From Leptospirales bacterium (GTDB lineage: Bacteria; Spirochaetota; Leptospiria; Turneriellales; JAOUFE01), in NCBI GenBank assembly GCA_040326155.1, contig JBEQLE010000100.1, forward strand, positions 1 through 11,773: DNA of 11,773 nt. Direction: 5' to 3'. Shown here piece after piece: positions 1 through 8,413 of the stretch. The first letter of the stretch is position 1. The number at the start of each line of letters is the position of its first letter. The notes beneath the pieces were generated by a model. The model saw only the letters and a program-made list of their open reading frames with translations. It was not told where the DNA came from and ran no database searches. The translations under genes were made by a program, and so were the position numbers.

Positions 1-91
1 CGGAGGCGGCAAAAAAAAAGCAGTGATTTTTTTTGAACAATAACGGTAATTCTAATTGTCGTCAACCGGCATTTCTAATTGTCGCTGGACA
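1..91. mobile_element. Probable terminal inverted repeat of an insertion sequence (IS21-like; IS1202-like not excluded), element continuing off the left edge
   Basis: Ends in ...CTGGACA at 91 (reverse complement begins TGTCCAGCGACAATTAGAAATGCCGGTTGACGACAATTAGAATTACCG). Two exact copies of TTCTAATTGTCG at 50-61 and 73-84 (23-bp period), as expected for tandem transposase-binding sites. HypF-like sequence begins right after 91, and the hypF frame has stops at 34-36 and 76-78. No transposase is visible. Confidence 0.7.
50..84 (+). repeat. 12-bp direct repeat TTCTAATTGTCG x2
   Basis: Exact copies at 50-61 and 73-84. Confidence 0.95.
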
Positions 92-1554
92 GCGTTCCTG
101 AAAAAGAGTGCATCAGCAGTTCAGCTCGTCCTATTGTTCTTGTTGAGAATAGTAAAACGACCGACCTGGCCAAGTCCATTAATCGGGGTTTAAAAAAGAC
201 AGGTGTATTTTTACCGGACTCGGCATTATATAAACAATTGCTTGAGATGTTTGCCAGACCCTTAGCGCTCACAAGTTTCAATGTTTCGGGTGAACCCATC
301 TATTTTGATGAAAGTCAAATTGAACTAAAAGATTACCCCGAACTGACTATTGTAACTCATAATCGAAAAATTGAAAACCCCGTGGATGATTCCGTTTTAT
401 GTTTTATAAATAAAAACAAGATTCCTTTGAGAATGGCAAAAGGTGTTGCTCCGTATACTTTCGAACTGCCGGGCAGGGTAAAGAAAAACACATTGGCCGT
501 CGGTGGTTCCCAGAAAGTAACCATCGCATTGGCGCAGGAAAATTCAGTTTTAATTTCTCCTCCTATAGGGGACATTTTAACATTGGCCTATGAAACATAT
601 TTCGAAGATTTTTGTGATAGACTAATGAAAATGTATTCTTTTAGACCAGAAATTATTATGTGTGACGCTCATTCTGGATATTATACCCACCAATGGGCCA
701 TGCGAAAACAGGCCGAATGGAATGTAGAGGTGACAACTGTTTACCACCACCACGCGCATGCACTGTCACTTCTGGTGGAACATAATATTCCGATAGACCA
801 GACTCTTTTTTGTGTTGTGTGGGATGGCGTCGGCCTGGGTCATGACGGTTTAATTCGCGGCGGAGAATTTATAGAGGCCAGTTATTCTAATTTTAATACA
901 AAGTACTCTTTTTTGCCTTTTTATCTGGCTGGAAATGAATCTGCAATAAAAGAAACCTGGAAAATGGGTTTATCTATTTTATTCCAATTGTATGGTGAGT
1001 CTGCTTTGAAACGCTTTAAAAAATTTTTGGAGCCTTTTGGCGACCGGGTTGGAATATTGTATACCGCCTGGAAAAATAAAATTAACATGCCACAGACAAC
1101 ATCCGCCGGTCGCTTGTTTGACGCAGCTGCCTCTTTATTGGGTATATGCCATATCAATACTTTTGAAGGGGAGGCGGCAATGCGAATGGAAGATCTGTAC
1201 GACGGTTCCGTTGACGATTATATAGAAATGGATGTCATTGATAATATCAATAATAATATTAATAATAGTATTGATTGGTGTCCTTTGTTTTTATCCATAA
1301 TTGAGAATAAGGAAACGCAGGAGATTTCTTATTTGGTATCTATTTTTATTAATTCGATGGCATGGTTAATTGTGAAACAGGCGCAGCCGTATGGTCAGGT
1401 TGGCTTGACCGGGGGAGTCTTTCAAAACAGAAAATTATTAGGGAAAATAATTCAATTTGCTAACCAAAAAAAAGTAAGATTGTATTTACACTCACATATC
1501 CCTTGTAATGATGGGGGTCTAAGCGCAGGACAGGTAGCTGTTGGCCTTACATAG
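79..1554 (+). pseudogene. hypF: 5'-truncated carbamoyltransferase HypF (partial YrdC-like plus Kae1-like domains; acylphosphatase and zinc-finger domains absent)
   Basis: Motifs ARPIVL, TSFNVSGEPI, HNRKIENPVDDSV, HHHAH, WDGVGLGHDG..GGEF, TSAGRLFDA, EGEAAM, LTGGVFQN, PCNDGGLSAGQ. Only 491 codons versus roughly 750 aa for a typical HypF. In-frame TAA at 76-78. The TTG at 79 lies inside the IS-like end. Confidence 0.85.
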
Positions 1555-1581
1555 CTATTTGTTTTAAGGTAAGAATACATT

Positions 1582-2256
1582 ATGAATAATAAAGATACAA
1601 CTATAAAGGTAAATGTAAATAAAAATATTTTGTATGATAAATACGAGGCAGCTCAAAAAAATCGTGATTATTTAGCTTCTAAAAATATTCTTTGTCTGAA
1701 TATAATGGGTTCACCAGGCGCAGGAAAAACGGCTTTGCTTGAAATGACGGCAGCTACAATGAAAAATAAGATTTCTGTAATCGAAGGAGATCTGCAAACC
1801 GACCGTGACGCGCAAAGAATGCGTGAAGCGGGTGTGAACGCATACCAGATTACCACCGGTTCTGCCTGCCATCTGGACGCTTTTATGGTTGAAAAAGCTT
1901 TTGGTAAAATGGATCTTTTAGATGAGCAAATACTGTTTATCGAAAATGTAGGTAATCTGGTTTGTCCTGCTTCTCATGATCTAGGTTCTCATTTAAGTGT
2001 TGTTGTATTATCTGTTCCCGAAGGCGATGACAAGGTGGGCAAATACCCCGTGATGTTTCAAAAAGCTGATCTTTTAATTTTAACTAAAACCGATTTAATA
2101 GAATATGTACCTTATAACAAAGTTCGAGTTTACGATGACTTTAAAAAGGTAAACCCCGGCGGTAGAATTATAGAGACTTCGATTACAGATTCGAGTTCCA
2201 TTCTTCCCTGGATTGAGTTTGTAGAAAAACATAAAGCGGAGTTATCATGTGTTTAG
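1582..2256 (+). CDS. hypB: Hydrogenase nickel incorporation GTPase HypB
   Basis: P-loop GSPGAGKT, IEGD, CHLDA metal site, IENVGNLVCP, SVPEGDDK..KYP.MF, TKTD. No N-terminal His-rich or CxxCGC segment. Confidence 0.97.
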   Translation: MNNKDTTIKVNVNKNILYDKYEAAQKNRDYLASKNILCLNIMGSPGAGKTALLEMTAATMKNKISVIEGDLQTDRDAQRMREAGVNAYQITTGSACHLDAFMVEKAFGKMDLLDEQILFIENVGNLVCPASHDLGSHLSVVVLSVPEGDDKVGKYPVMFQKADLLILTKTDLIEYVPYNKVRVYDDFKKVNPGGRIIETSITDSSSILPWIEFVEKHKAELSCV

Positions 2257-2483
2257 CCGTGCCGGCAAAAGTTATTGAAATAACAGTTCCTGATGAAATT
2301 GCAGAAGTGGAAACGTTGGGTATAAAAAGGCAGGCTATCATTTCTGTTGTGGACGGAAAAGTTCAACCGGGTGATTATGTTTTAATTCATGCGGGTTTCG
2401 CCATCCGTAAAATTAATACCGCAGAAGCGGAAAAAACAATTGAACTGCACAAACAGCTGGCCCTTAGCGCAAAACAAATGTAG
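2247..2483 (+). CDS. hypC: Hydrogenase maturation chaperone HypC
   Basis: N-terminal MCLAVP, GDYVLIHAGFAI. GGAG just upstream. Overlaps the hypB end by 10 bp. Confidence 0.97.
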   Translation: MCLAVPAKVIEITVPDEIAEVETLGIKRQAIISVVDGKVQPGDYVLIHAGFAIRKINTAEAEKTIELHKQLALSAKQM

Positions 2484-2484
2484 C

Positions 2485-3603
2485 ATGGATAGTATCGATT
2501 TAATTGAACCCTACCGAGACCCTGCCATAATAAAACATTATATAAACAAGATTATTGAAAGACGAAATTTATTAAATAAGTCATTATCTATAATGGAAGT
2601 CTGCGGGGGACATACACACTCCATTCTTAAATACGGTATTGAAAAAGCTCTATCTGGATATGTGAATTTTTTACATGGACCGGGATGCCCGGTATGTATT
2701 GTGCCTAAAGAGAGAATTGACCATGCCATCTGGCTGGCTAAACGAAAAGATGTAATTTTAATAACTCTGGGAGATGTAATACGAGTACCGGGTTCTAGTT
2801 CTTCTTTGGCAAAAGCGCGCGCGGAGGGCGCCGATGTCAGGTTTGTGTATTCACCTGCCGATGCAATCGAAATTGCCAGGCAAAACCCGACCAAAACAGT
2901 TGTATATTTTGCTATAGGTTTTGAGACGACGACACCAATGACCGCGTGGCTTGTGAAAAAATCTTACGAAGAGAATATACAAAATCTTTTTTTTCATGTG
3001 AATCATGTATTGGTTGCTCCGGCCATGCAGGCCCTGGTTTCTGATCGCGATCATAAAATTGAAGCTTTTCTCGGCCCCTCCCATGTGAGTGTGGTTGCCG
3101 GCGCAGATATTTATAATATATTTTCTGAGCAATTTAGCATACCGGTGGTGGTGGGAGGTTTTGAACCCGTAGATGTGCTCGAAGCCGTTCTCATGATTTT
3201 TGATCAGTTTTTGGAGAAAAAATGCGCAGTGGAAATTCAGTATAAACGCGCCGCAACGTTTGCACCAAACTCTAAAAGTAAAATTCTCATTGATTCAGTT
3301 TTTGAAATTGCCCCGCAATTTAGATGGCGAGGTCTGGGAAATATTCCAAACAGTTCGTTACAACTACAAAAAAAATACAAAAAGTTCAACGTGTTTGAAA
3401 AGTTTAAAAATGAGCTGAGCGATATTGCGGTGGAAGACGACCCGGGGTGTTTATGTCCTGAAATTTTAAAAGGGAAAAAAACTCCGACAGATTGCGTCTA
3501 CTTTGCAAAAACATGCAATCCGCAGAACCCTGTGGGAGCTTGCATGGTGTCAACCGAGGGTGCCTGTAGCGCTTACTACCAATATGGAAATTATGAGCAA
3601 TAA
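2485..3603 (+). CDS. hypD: Hydrogenase maturation protein HypD
   Basis: MEVCGGHTH, GPGCPVC, GFETT, PSHVS and C-terminal CLC..C..C..GACMVSTEGAC. Start moved from 2389 to ATG 2485, 1 bp after the hypC stop. Confidence 0.96.
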   Translation: MDSIDLIEPYRDPAIIKHYINKIIERRNLLNKSLSIMEVCGGHTHSILKYGIEKALSGYVNFLHGPGCPVCIVPKERIDHAIWLAKRKDVILITLGDVIRVPGSSSSLAKARAEGADVRFVYSPADAIEIARQNPTKTVVYFAIGFETTTPMTAWLVKKSYEENIQNLFFHVNHVLVAPAMQALVSDRDHKIEAFLGPSHVSVVAGADIYNIFSEQFSIPVVVGGFEPVDVLEAVLMIFDQFLEKKCAVEIQYKRAATFAPNSKSKILIDSVFEIAPQFRWRGLGNIPNSSLQLQKKYKKFNVFEKFKNELSDIAVEDDPGCLCPEILKGKKTPTDCVYFAKTCNPQNPVGACMVSTEGACSAYYQYGNYEQ

Positions 3604-4612
3604 TAATAGGGAAGATCGAATTACCCTGGCACATGGAAGTGGAGGAGAAGAAAGTGCGGAACTTATTCGCGAACTTTTTTTACCTTATTTGACGAATCCT
3701 TATTTAGAAAAAGGGGAAGATGGCGCTTTTATTGAAGCCAGGGGCGATAAAGTTCAAACAACAGATTCCTTTACCGTACAACCGCTTATATTTAGCGGAG
3801 GAGATATTGGTAAATTGGTCATTGCAGGTCTTTGCAATGATCTGGCTGTTATGGGTGCCAGACCTGAATTTCTAACTTTAACGTTTATTCTTGAAGAGGG
3901 TTTGTTATACTCCGACTTACATCGGTTTCTAAGCTCCATGCAAAAAGAGTTGAAATTAAATGACGCCGTTGTTGTAGCCGCAGATACAAAAGTGGTTCCC
4001 CGAAATTTCGGTGGAGGACTTTATATCTCAGGGTCTGCCCTGGGAACCATTATACAAAAACCATACTCCGCTTATAACATAGAAGAAGATGATGAAATTA
4101 TTGTATCCGGTCCCGTTGGCGAGCATGGAGCAGTGGTATTAATGGAACGGAACGAATTTAACATGAAAAGTGATTTACAGAGCGATTGTAAGAGTCTTTG
4201 GCCCGTTATTTCGAAAATTATAAAACAAGTTGATATAGTTGCCATGCGCGATATTACCAGGGGAGGACTTGCCACAATATTAAATGAAATGGCCCTTCAG
4301 TCAGGTCATGAATTTTTCGTACAAGAGACTCAAATTCCGGTGAGACCTGAAGTATTGGGGTTTTGCGAAATACTGGGTTTTCATCCGTATCACATGGCAT
4401 GTGAAGGTAATTTTATTGCCATAGCAAAACCAGGGCAAGCGCAATTGGCCGTAGAGTGTCTGCGAAGCAATGGATTTCCGGAGGCTGCGCAGATTGGTCA
4501 AGTCAGGGCCAAACTCACAAAGAAGAGAGCTCCGGCGCTTCTTCAAACCGCAGCAAATACAGTACGAAGTCTTGAACCACTTCGAGGTGAAATGCTTCCG
4601 AGAATTTGCTGA
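3593..4612 (+). CDS. hypE: Carbamoyl dehydratase HypE
   Basis: ITLAHGSGG, TTDSF, GGDIGKL, NDLAVMGA, DTKVV, RD.TRGG and C-terminal PRIC. Start placed at ATG 3593 (ATG 3584 also possible), overlapping the hypD end. Confidence 0.96.
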   Translation: MSNNNREDRITLAHGSGGEESAELIRELFLPYLTNPYLEKGEDGAFIEARGDKVQTTDSFTVQPLIFSGGDIGKLVIAGLCNDLAVMGARPEFLTLTFILEEGLLYSDLHRFLSSMQKELKLNDAVVVAADTKVVPRNFGGGLYISGSALGTIIQKPYSAYNIEEDDEIIVSGPVGEHGAVVLMERNEFNMKSDLQSDCKSLWPVISKIIKQVDIVAMRDITRGGLATILNEMALQSGHEFFVQETQIPVRPEVLGFCEILGFHPYHMACEGNFIAIAKPGQAQLAVECLRSNGFPEAAQIGQVRAKLTKKRAPALLQTAANTVRSLEPLRGEMLPRIC

Positions 4613-4956
4613 TGCATGAAATGAGCATTGCGCGCAGCCTTTTCAATTTAGTGGACAAGGCTGCATTGGAAAAAAAAGCTACACGTATAACAACCATCAA
4701 CGCAAACGTTGGACGATTTGCCGGTGTTGAAATTGAACTACTGCGACGCGCTTTCGATGTTTTGACCAAGGGGACGATGGCCGAAAATTCCGAATTACAA
4801 ATTACTGTAATCGATTTTGTTATTCAATGTAACACTTGTGCGCAAGAGACAATTAAAGATGAAATCGATATGCAATGTCCGGCCTGTAAAAACACAGATA
4901 CCAGACCCATCAGCGGGCAGGATATTTTTTTAACTGATTTCGAGATTACAATATAG
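4612..4956 (+). CDS. hypA: Hydrogenase nickel incorporation protein HypA
   Basis: N-terminal MHEMSIA nickel motif, zinc finger CNTC..CPAC. ATG 4612 is coupled to the hypE stop (TGATG). Confidence 0.96.
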   Translation: MHEMSIARSLFNLVDKAALEKKATRITTINANVGRFAGVEIELLRRAFDVLTKGTMAENSELQITVIDFVIQCNTCAQETIKDEIDMQCPACKNTDTRPISGQDIFLTDFEITI

Positions 4957-5409
4957 AACAATTTCATCGACTACCTTTTTCATCGATTTTTGAACCTCGG
5001 GCGTCAATTCTTCACCCCACGAAAAATTATCGGCTTCAATGCCATACAGATAAAACTTGCTTGGCTCCAAATTCAACTGTGTGGCCAATCGAGCTACTTG
5101 AACAGGGTCAAAACTATGCGTACTGAATCTGAGACTAATGTTATCCAATTTATCACTCAATAAATTCAGCCGGTGAATTCGTCCAACGTCAGAATCGCTT
5201 TGAACCGCGTCAATACAAATTACAGAATCATTTTTAGACCATGTCTGAATAAGACCGGTAAGATCATCGCCTGCTTCGTAAAGTTCGACGAGCGACAACC
5301 TTTTGTTTCTCAGTAAATCTATGGCACGCGGACCAACTCCATCGTCACTTCTATAGCGATTACCGATACCAATAATTCGGCAGACACCAGGTGCTTCCAA
5401 TTGTTTCAA
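4930..5409 (-). CDS. Hydrogenase maturation endopeptidase (HycI/HybD family)
   Basis: IIGIGN..RSDDGVG, IDAV, STH, YGIE..F..GE.LTPEV. Follows the large subunit gene. TTG start is uncertain. Confidence 0.93.
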   Translation of the reverse strand: MKQLEAPGVCRIIGIGNRYRSDDGVGPRAIDLLRNKRLSLVELYEAGDDLTGLIQTWSKNDSVICIDAVQSDSDVGRIHRLNLLSDKLDNISLRFSTHSFDPVQVARLATQLNLEPSKFYLYGIEADNFSWGEELTPEVQKSMKKVVDEIVLYCNLEIS

Positions 5410-5449
5410 CTGAAAATCGCCTAGTTCCGTATTTTAAAAGAGTGTTTGC

Positions 5450-6739
5450 TCATGAGCGATCAATGTCAAGTTTCAAAAAGTGGGTGGCACAAGAAATACA
5501 AGGGTCATAATTTCGAATTGTCTGCTCGCATTTCCAGGTAAGTTCTTCTTCAGGCAAATCAACAAATTTCTGGGCTAAATGAAATAGATCATGCTCCATA
5601 ATTTTTTGATTATGAGAAGTAGGGGCTACAATTTTAGCATCGCGAATGAGACCTTTTTCATCAAAAAGATAGCGATGATATAAGATTCCACGGGGAGCTT
5701 CGGTAATGGCCGACCCTTCGGCAGCTTTCATTTTATAAGAAACCGAAGGCATATCCGGTTTCTTATATTCATCTATAATTCGTATTGCCTCTTCTACAGC
5801 GTAGATTAATTCCACGCTTCTGACCAAAATGCTTTTAAACGGGTTTTTACAATTTCGCTCTAGTCCAGATTTTAAAGCAAGCTTTTGAAGGGCTTCGGGT
5901 AGTTTATCAAAGTTCAGATTAAAGCGGGCCAGGGGACCCGTAAAAAAGAGGTCGTTATTCAAAGTAGAATGCAACGTGGTGGAGTGGGGCATATGTGTCT
6001 CTTGAAAGTAGTCTTCGTATTGATCAGAGTCAATATCGAGACCCTTGTTCGAAACAAGTCTGCCTTCATTCATCGGATACTCATCTTCATGTCGCAAAGA
6101 GACAAAAGTATAATCTTGTTCGTAGTCCGGGAATTCTAGAGTAGAACAAAACTGAAGCGTGTCGTAAGTAATTTGCTTTACATCTTTCAGGTTTCGTTGT
6201 AATTCATCCATCTGTTTTATTTCAATCGATTTATAAAAACCACCGATTTTAACATTAATAGGATGTATCTCTCTACCTCCTACAAGTTTAACAATTGCGT
6301 TACCCGCCTTTTTCAATTTTAGAGCATTTTTCACCACTTCAGGATGTACTTTCGCAATTTCCAACGCATCTTGCATGCCTAAAAAATCGGGAGCATGTAA
6401 AAAGTATACATGTAAAGAGTGACTCTCTATCCATTCGCCGCAATACAACAGACGTCGCAAATTTCGAATGGGAGCATCGACATTTATACCGAGAGCTTTT
6501 TCGATGGCATGGGTGGAACTCATCTGGTAAGCCACCGGACAAATACCACAAATTCTCGCTGTAATATCAGGAGCTTCGGTAATAATCCGATCTCTTAAAA
6601 AGGCTTCGAAAAAACGGGGTGGCTCAAAAATATTAAGTTTAGCTTCTTGTACTTTGTCGTTTTTAATTTTTACGTGAAAAGCGCCTTCACCTTCCACCCT
6701 GGCAAGGTAATCTACTTTAATGGTTTTCTCATCGTCCAT
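5450..6739 (-). CDS. hydA: Group 3b [NiFe]-hydrogenase large (alpha) subunit
   Basis: ARVEGEG, L1 motif RICGICPVAY, EAPRG.LYH, L2 motif RNYDPCISCATH followed by a 9-aa cleavable tail FLKLDIDRS. 429 aa. Confidence 0.96.
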   Translation of the reverse strand: MDDEKTIKVDYLARVEGEGAFHVKIKNDKVQEAKLNIFEPPRFFEAFLRDRIITEAPDITARICGICPVAYQMSSTHAIEKALGINVDAPIRNLRRLLYCGEWIESHSLHVYFLHAPDFLGMQDALEIAKVHPEVVKNALKLKKAGNAIVKLVGGREIHPINVKIGGFYKSIEIKQMDELQRNLKDVKQITYDTLQFCSTLEFPDYEQDYTFVSLRHEDEYPMNEGRLVSNKGLDIDSDQYEDYFQETHMPHSTTLHSTLNNDLFFTGPLARFNLNFDKLPEALQKLALKSGLERNCKNPFKSILVRSVELIYAVEEAIRIIDEYKKPDMPSVSYKMKAAEGSAITEAPRGILYHRYLFDEKGLIRDAKIVAPTSHNQKIMEHDLFHLAQKFVDLPEEELTWKCEQTIRNYDPCISCATHFLKLDIDRS

Positions 6740-6747
6740 TTTATGAA

Positions 6748-7539
6748 TTATTCCTTTCCCTCTAAATCTTTGGATGCGCGAGCCAGAAGTTCACTATGGG
6801 CATTAAAAGTTCGATACAACCGGATAAGCTCATCTTCAGGAACGTTTTTATTTTTAAATATTTCAGTCATCGAAGGAAGGTTCGCATACTCTTTCGGACC
6901 AAAACATCCAAAACAGGGACGATCATAAGACAAACAAAGCGCTTCGCAACCAGACCTTGTAACGGGGCCCAGGCACGGCGACGCATTCGTAACCGCCAGA
7001 CAATTATACCCGTTTGACTTACACTCCATACAAACACTCGAAGAGGGCAGACGAGGCGATTTACCAATTAAAGTCGAAATTATAAATTCAAGCAAAACCT
7101 TTTTACTGATGGGGCAACCATAAAGTTCGTAATCCACGTCGACATAGTGTTTAATCGGTTCAGAAGTTTTCATTAAACTGAGATGTTCAGGTGATGCATA
7201 AACCATACTTGCATACTCACCAACATCACTAAAATTTCTTAACGCTTGAATTCCACCGGAGGTTGCGCAAGCCCCAATGGTAACGAGAATTTTAGACTCC
7301 TTGCGAATATCCACAATACGCTTCGCTTCAGCCGGGGTAGAGACCGAACCTTCGACTAAAGAAATATCATAAGGACCGGGAGCCTGGTTTCTTGTCGCTT
7401 CTACAAACATAGAAATTTCGAAAGCCGAAGCAATATCAATGAACTCATCCTCCATGTCTAGAATGCTCAATTGACAACCATCGCAAGAAGTAAACTTCCA
7501 GACAGCCAGGGTGGGTTTTCGGTTTAATACAGGAAACAT
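6748..7539 (-). CDS. hydD: Group 3b [NiFe]-hydrogenase small (delta) subunit
   Basis: KFTSCDGCQL, EGSV, GACATSGG, GCP, VCMEC..C..CLGPVT..GC..C..CFGCFG. No Tat signal, consistent with a cytoplasmic enzyme. Confidence 0.95.
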   Translation of the reverse strand: MFPVLNRKPTLAVWKFTSCDGCQLSILDMEDEFIDIASAFEISMFVEATRNQAPGPYDISLVEGSVSTPAEAKRIVDIRKESKILVTIGACATSGGIQALRNFSDVGEYASMVYASPEHLSLMKTSEPIKHYVDVDYELYGCPISKKVLLEFIISTLIGKSPRLPSSSVCMECKSNGYNCLAVTNASPCLGPVTRSGCEALCLSYDRPCFGCFGPKEYANLPSMTEIFKNKNVPEDELIRLYRTFNAHSELLARASKDLEGKE

Positions 7540-7558
7540 ATTCTACCTCTTCTACCTT

Positions 7559-8413
7559 TTAGATCTCTTTCACCGAAAACAGATCTTTTATATCAGCAAA
7601 CGAAAAAACAGGACCGTCTTTACATACAAAACCACCACCATATTGGCAATGGCCACAATGACCCACACCACATTTCATATTGCGCTCCATAGAAACATAA
7701 ATATTATCGTCTTTTACACCCAGGGTAGCCAGCTCACGAACAGAATATCGTATCATAACTTCGGGACCGCAAATCATTGAAACACAATTTCCAGGGTCAA
7801 AATCACTGGTAGAAATAAAACGAGTAATAACGCCGACATGTCCTTTCCAGTTTGCCTCGTCGCGATCAACCGAAATTTCCACCTGAATATCGAAACGCGC
7901 CAGCCACTTTTTTAGTTCATCTTGAAATAGAATATCTTGCGGAGTTCTTGCGCCATATAACAAAGTTATTTTATTGTATGCATCTCGGTTTTCCAGCAAC
8001 TGGTAAATAAGAGGGCGCAAAGGAGCCAGACCAATACCACCCGTAACAAGAATAACATCCTTATCTTTAGCCGACTCAACCGGCCACCCTTTACCAAAAG
8101 GTCCTCGGAGCCCCAACTGGTGACCAATACTTGTTTGAATAATTTTAGAACTAACAGCTCCCACTTCTCGAATCGTATGAACAATTTCATAATTAGAAAC
8201 AGGGTTCCCACTTATAGAAATAGGAGCTTCCCCGATACCTGGAATATACATCATATTAAATTGCCCCGGAATAAAATGAAATGAATTATCTGGAGATTTA
8301 AACGTCAAAGTGTATGTATTATGGGTTTCTCTTTTTTTGTCAATGAGGGCAACCGAAAAAGGAACATACGGGTTTAATTTTGTCTGTTCCATATTGTATG
8401 ACGCTTTACTCAT
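7559..8413 (-). CDS. hydG: Group 3b hydrogenase gamma subunit (FAD/NAD(P)-binding, 2Fe-2S; AsrB/PyrK-like)
   Basis: PGQF, GEAPISIS, RGPFG, GGIGLAP, YGART, CGPEVM, ERNMKCGVGHCGHC..VCKDGPVF. ATGA overlap with the upstream gene at 8410-8413. Confidence 0.95.
   Translation of the reverse strand: MSKASYNMEQTKLNPYVPFSVALIDKKRETHNTYTLTFKSPDNSFHFIPGQFNMMYIPGIGEAPISISGNPVSNYEIVHTIREVGAVSSKIIQTSIGHQLGLRGPFGKGWPVESAKDKDVILVTGGIGLAPLRPLIYQLLENRDAYNKITLLYGARTPQDILFQDELKKWLARFDIQVEISVDRDEANWKGHVGVITRFISTSDFDPGNCVSMICGPEVMIRYSVRELATLGVKDDNIYVSMERNMKCGVGHCGHCQYGGGFVCKDGPVFSFADIKDLFSVKEI

Noticed and set aside
10..35. A9/T8 inverted tract as a terminator
   Set aside because: Stem is almost all A-T pairs with no GC core, and it lies within the IS-like segment.
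2389..2484. Longer hypD start from the ORF track
   Set aside because: Overlaps hypC by 95 bp and adds no HypD-like sequence. ATG 2485 follows the hypC stop.
3503..3592. Longer hypE start
   Set aside because: Overlaps the Cys-rich hypD C-terminus. HypE similarity starts near ITLAHG.
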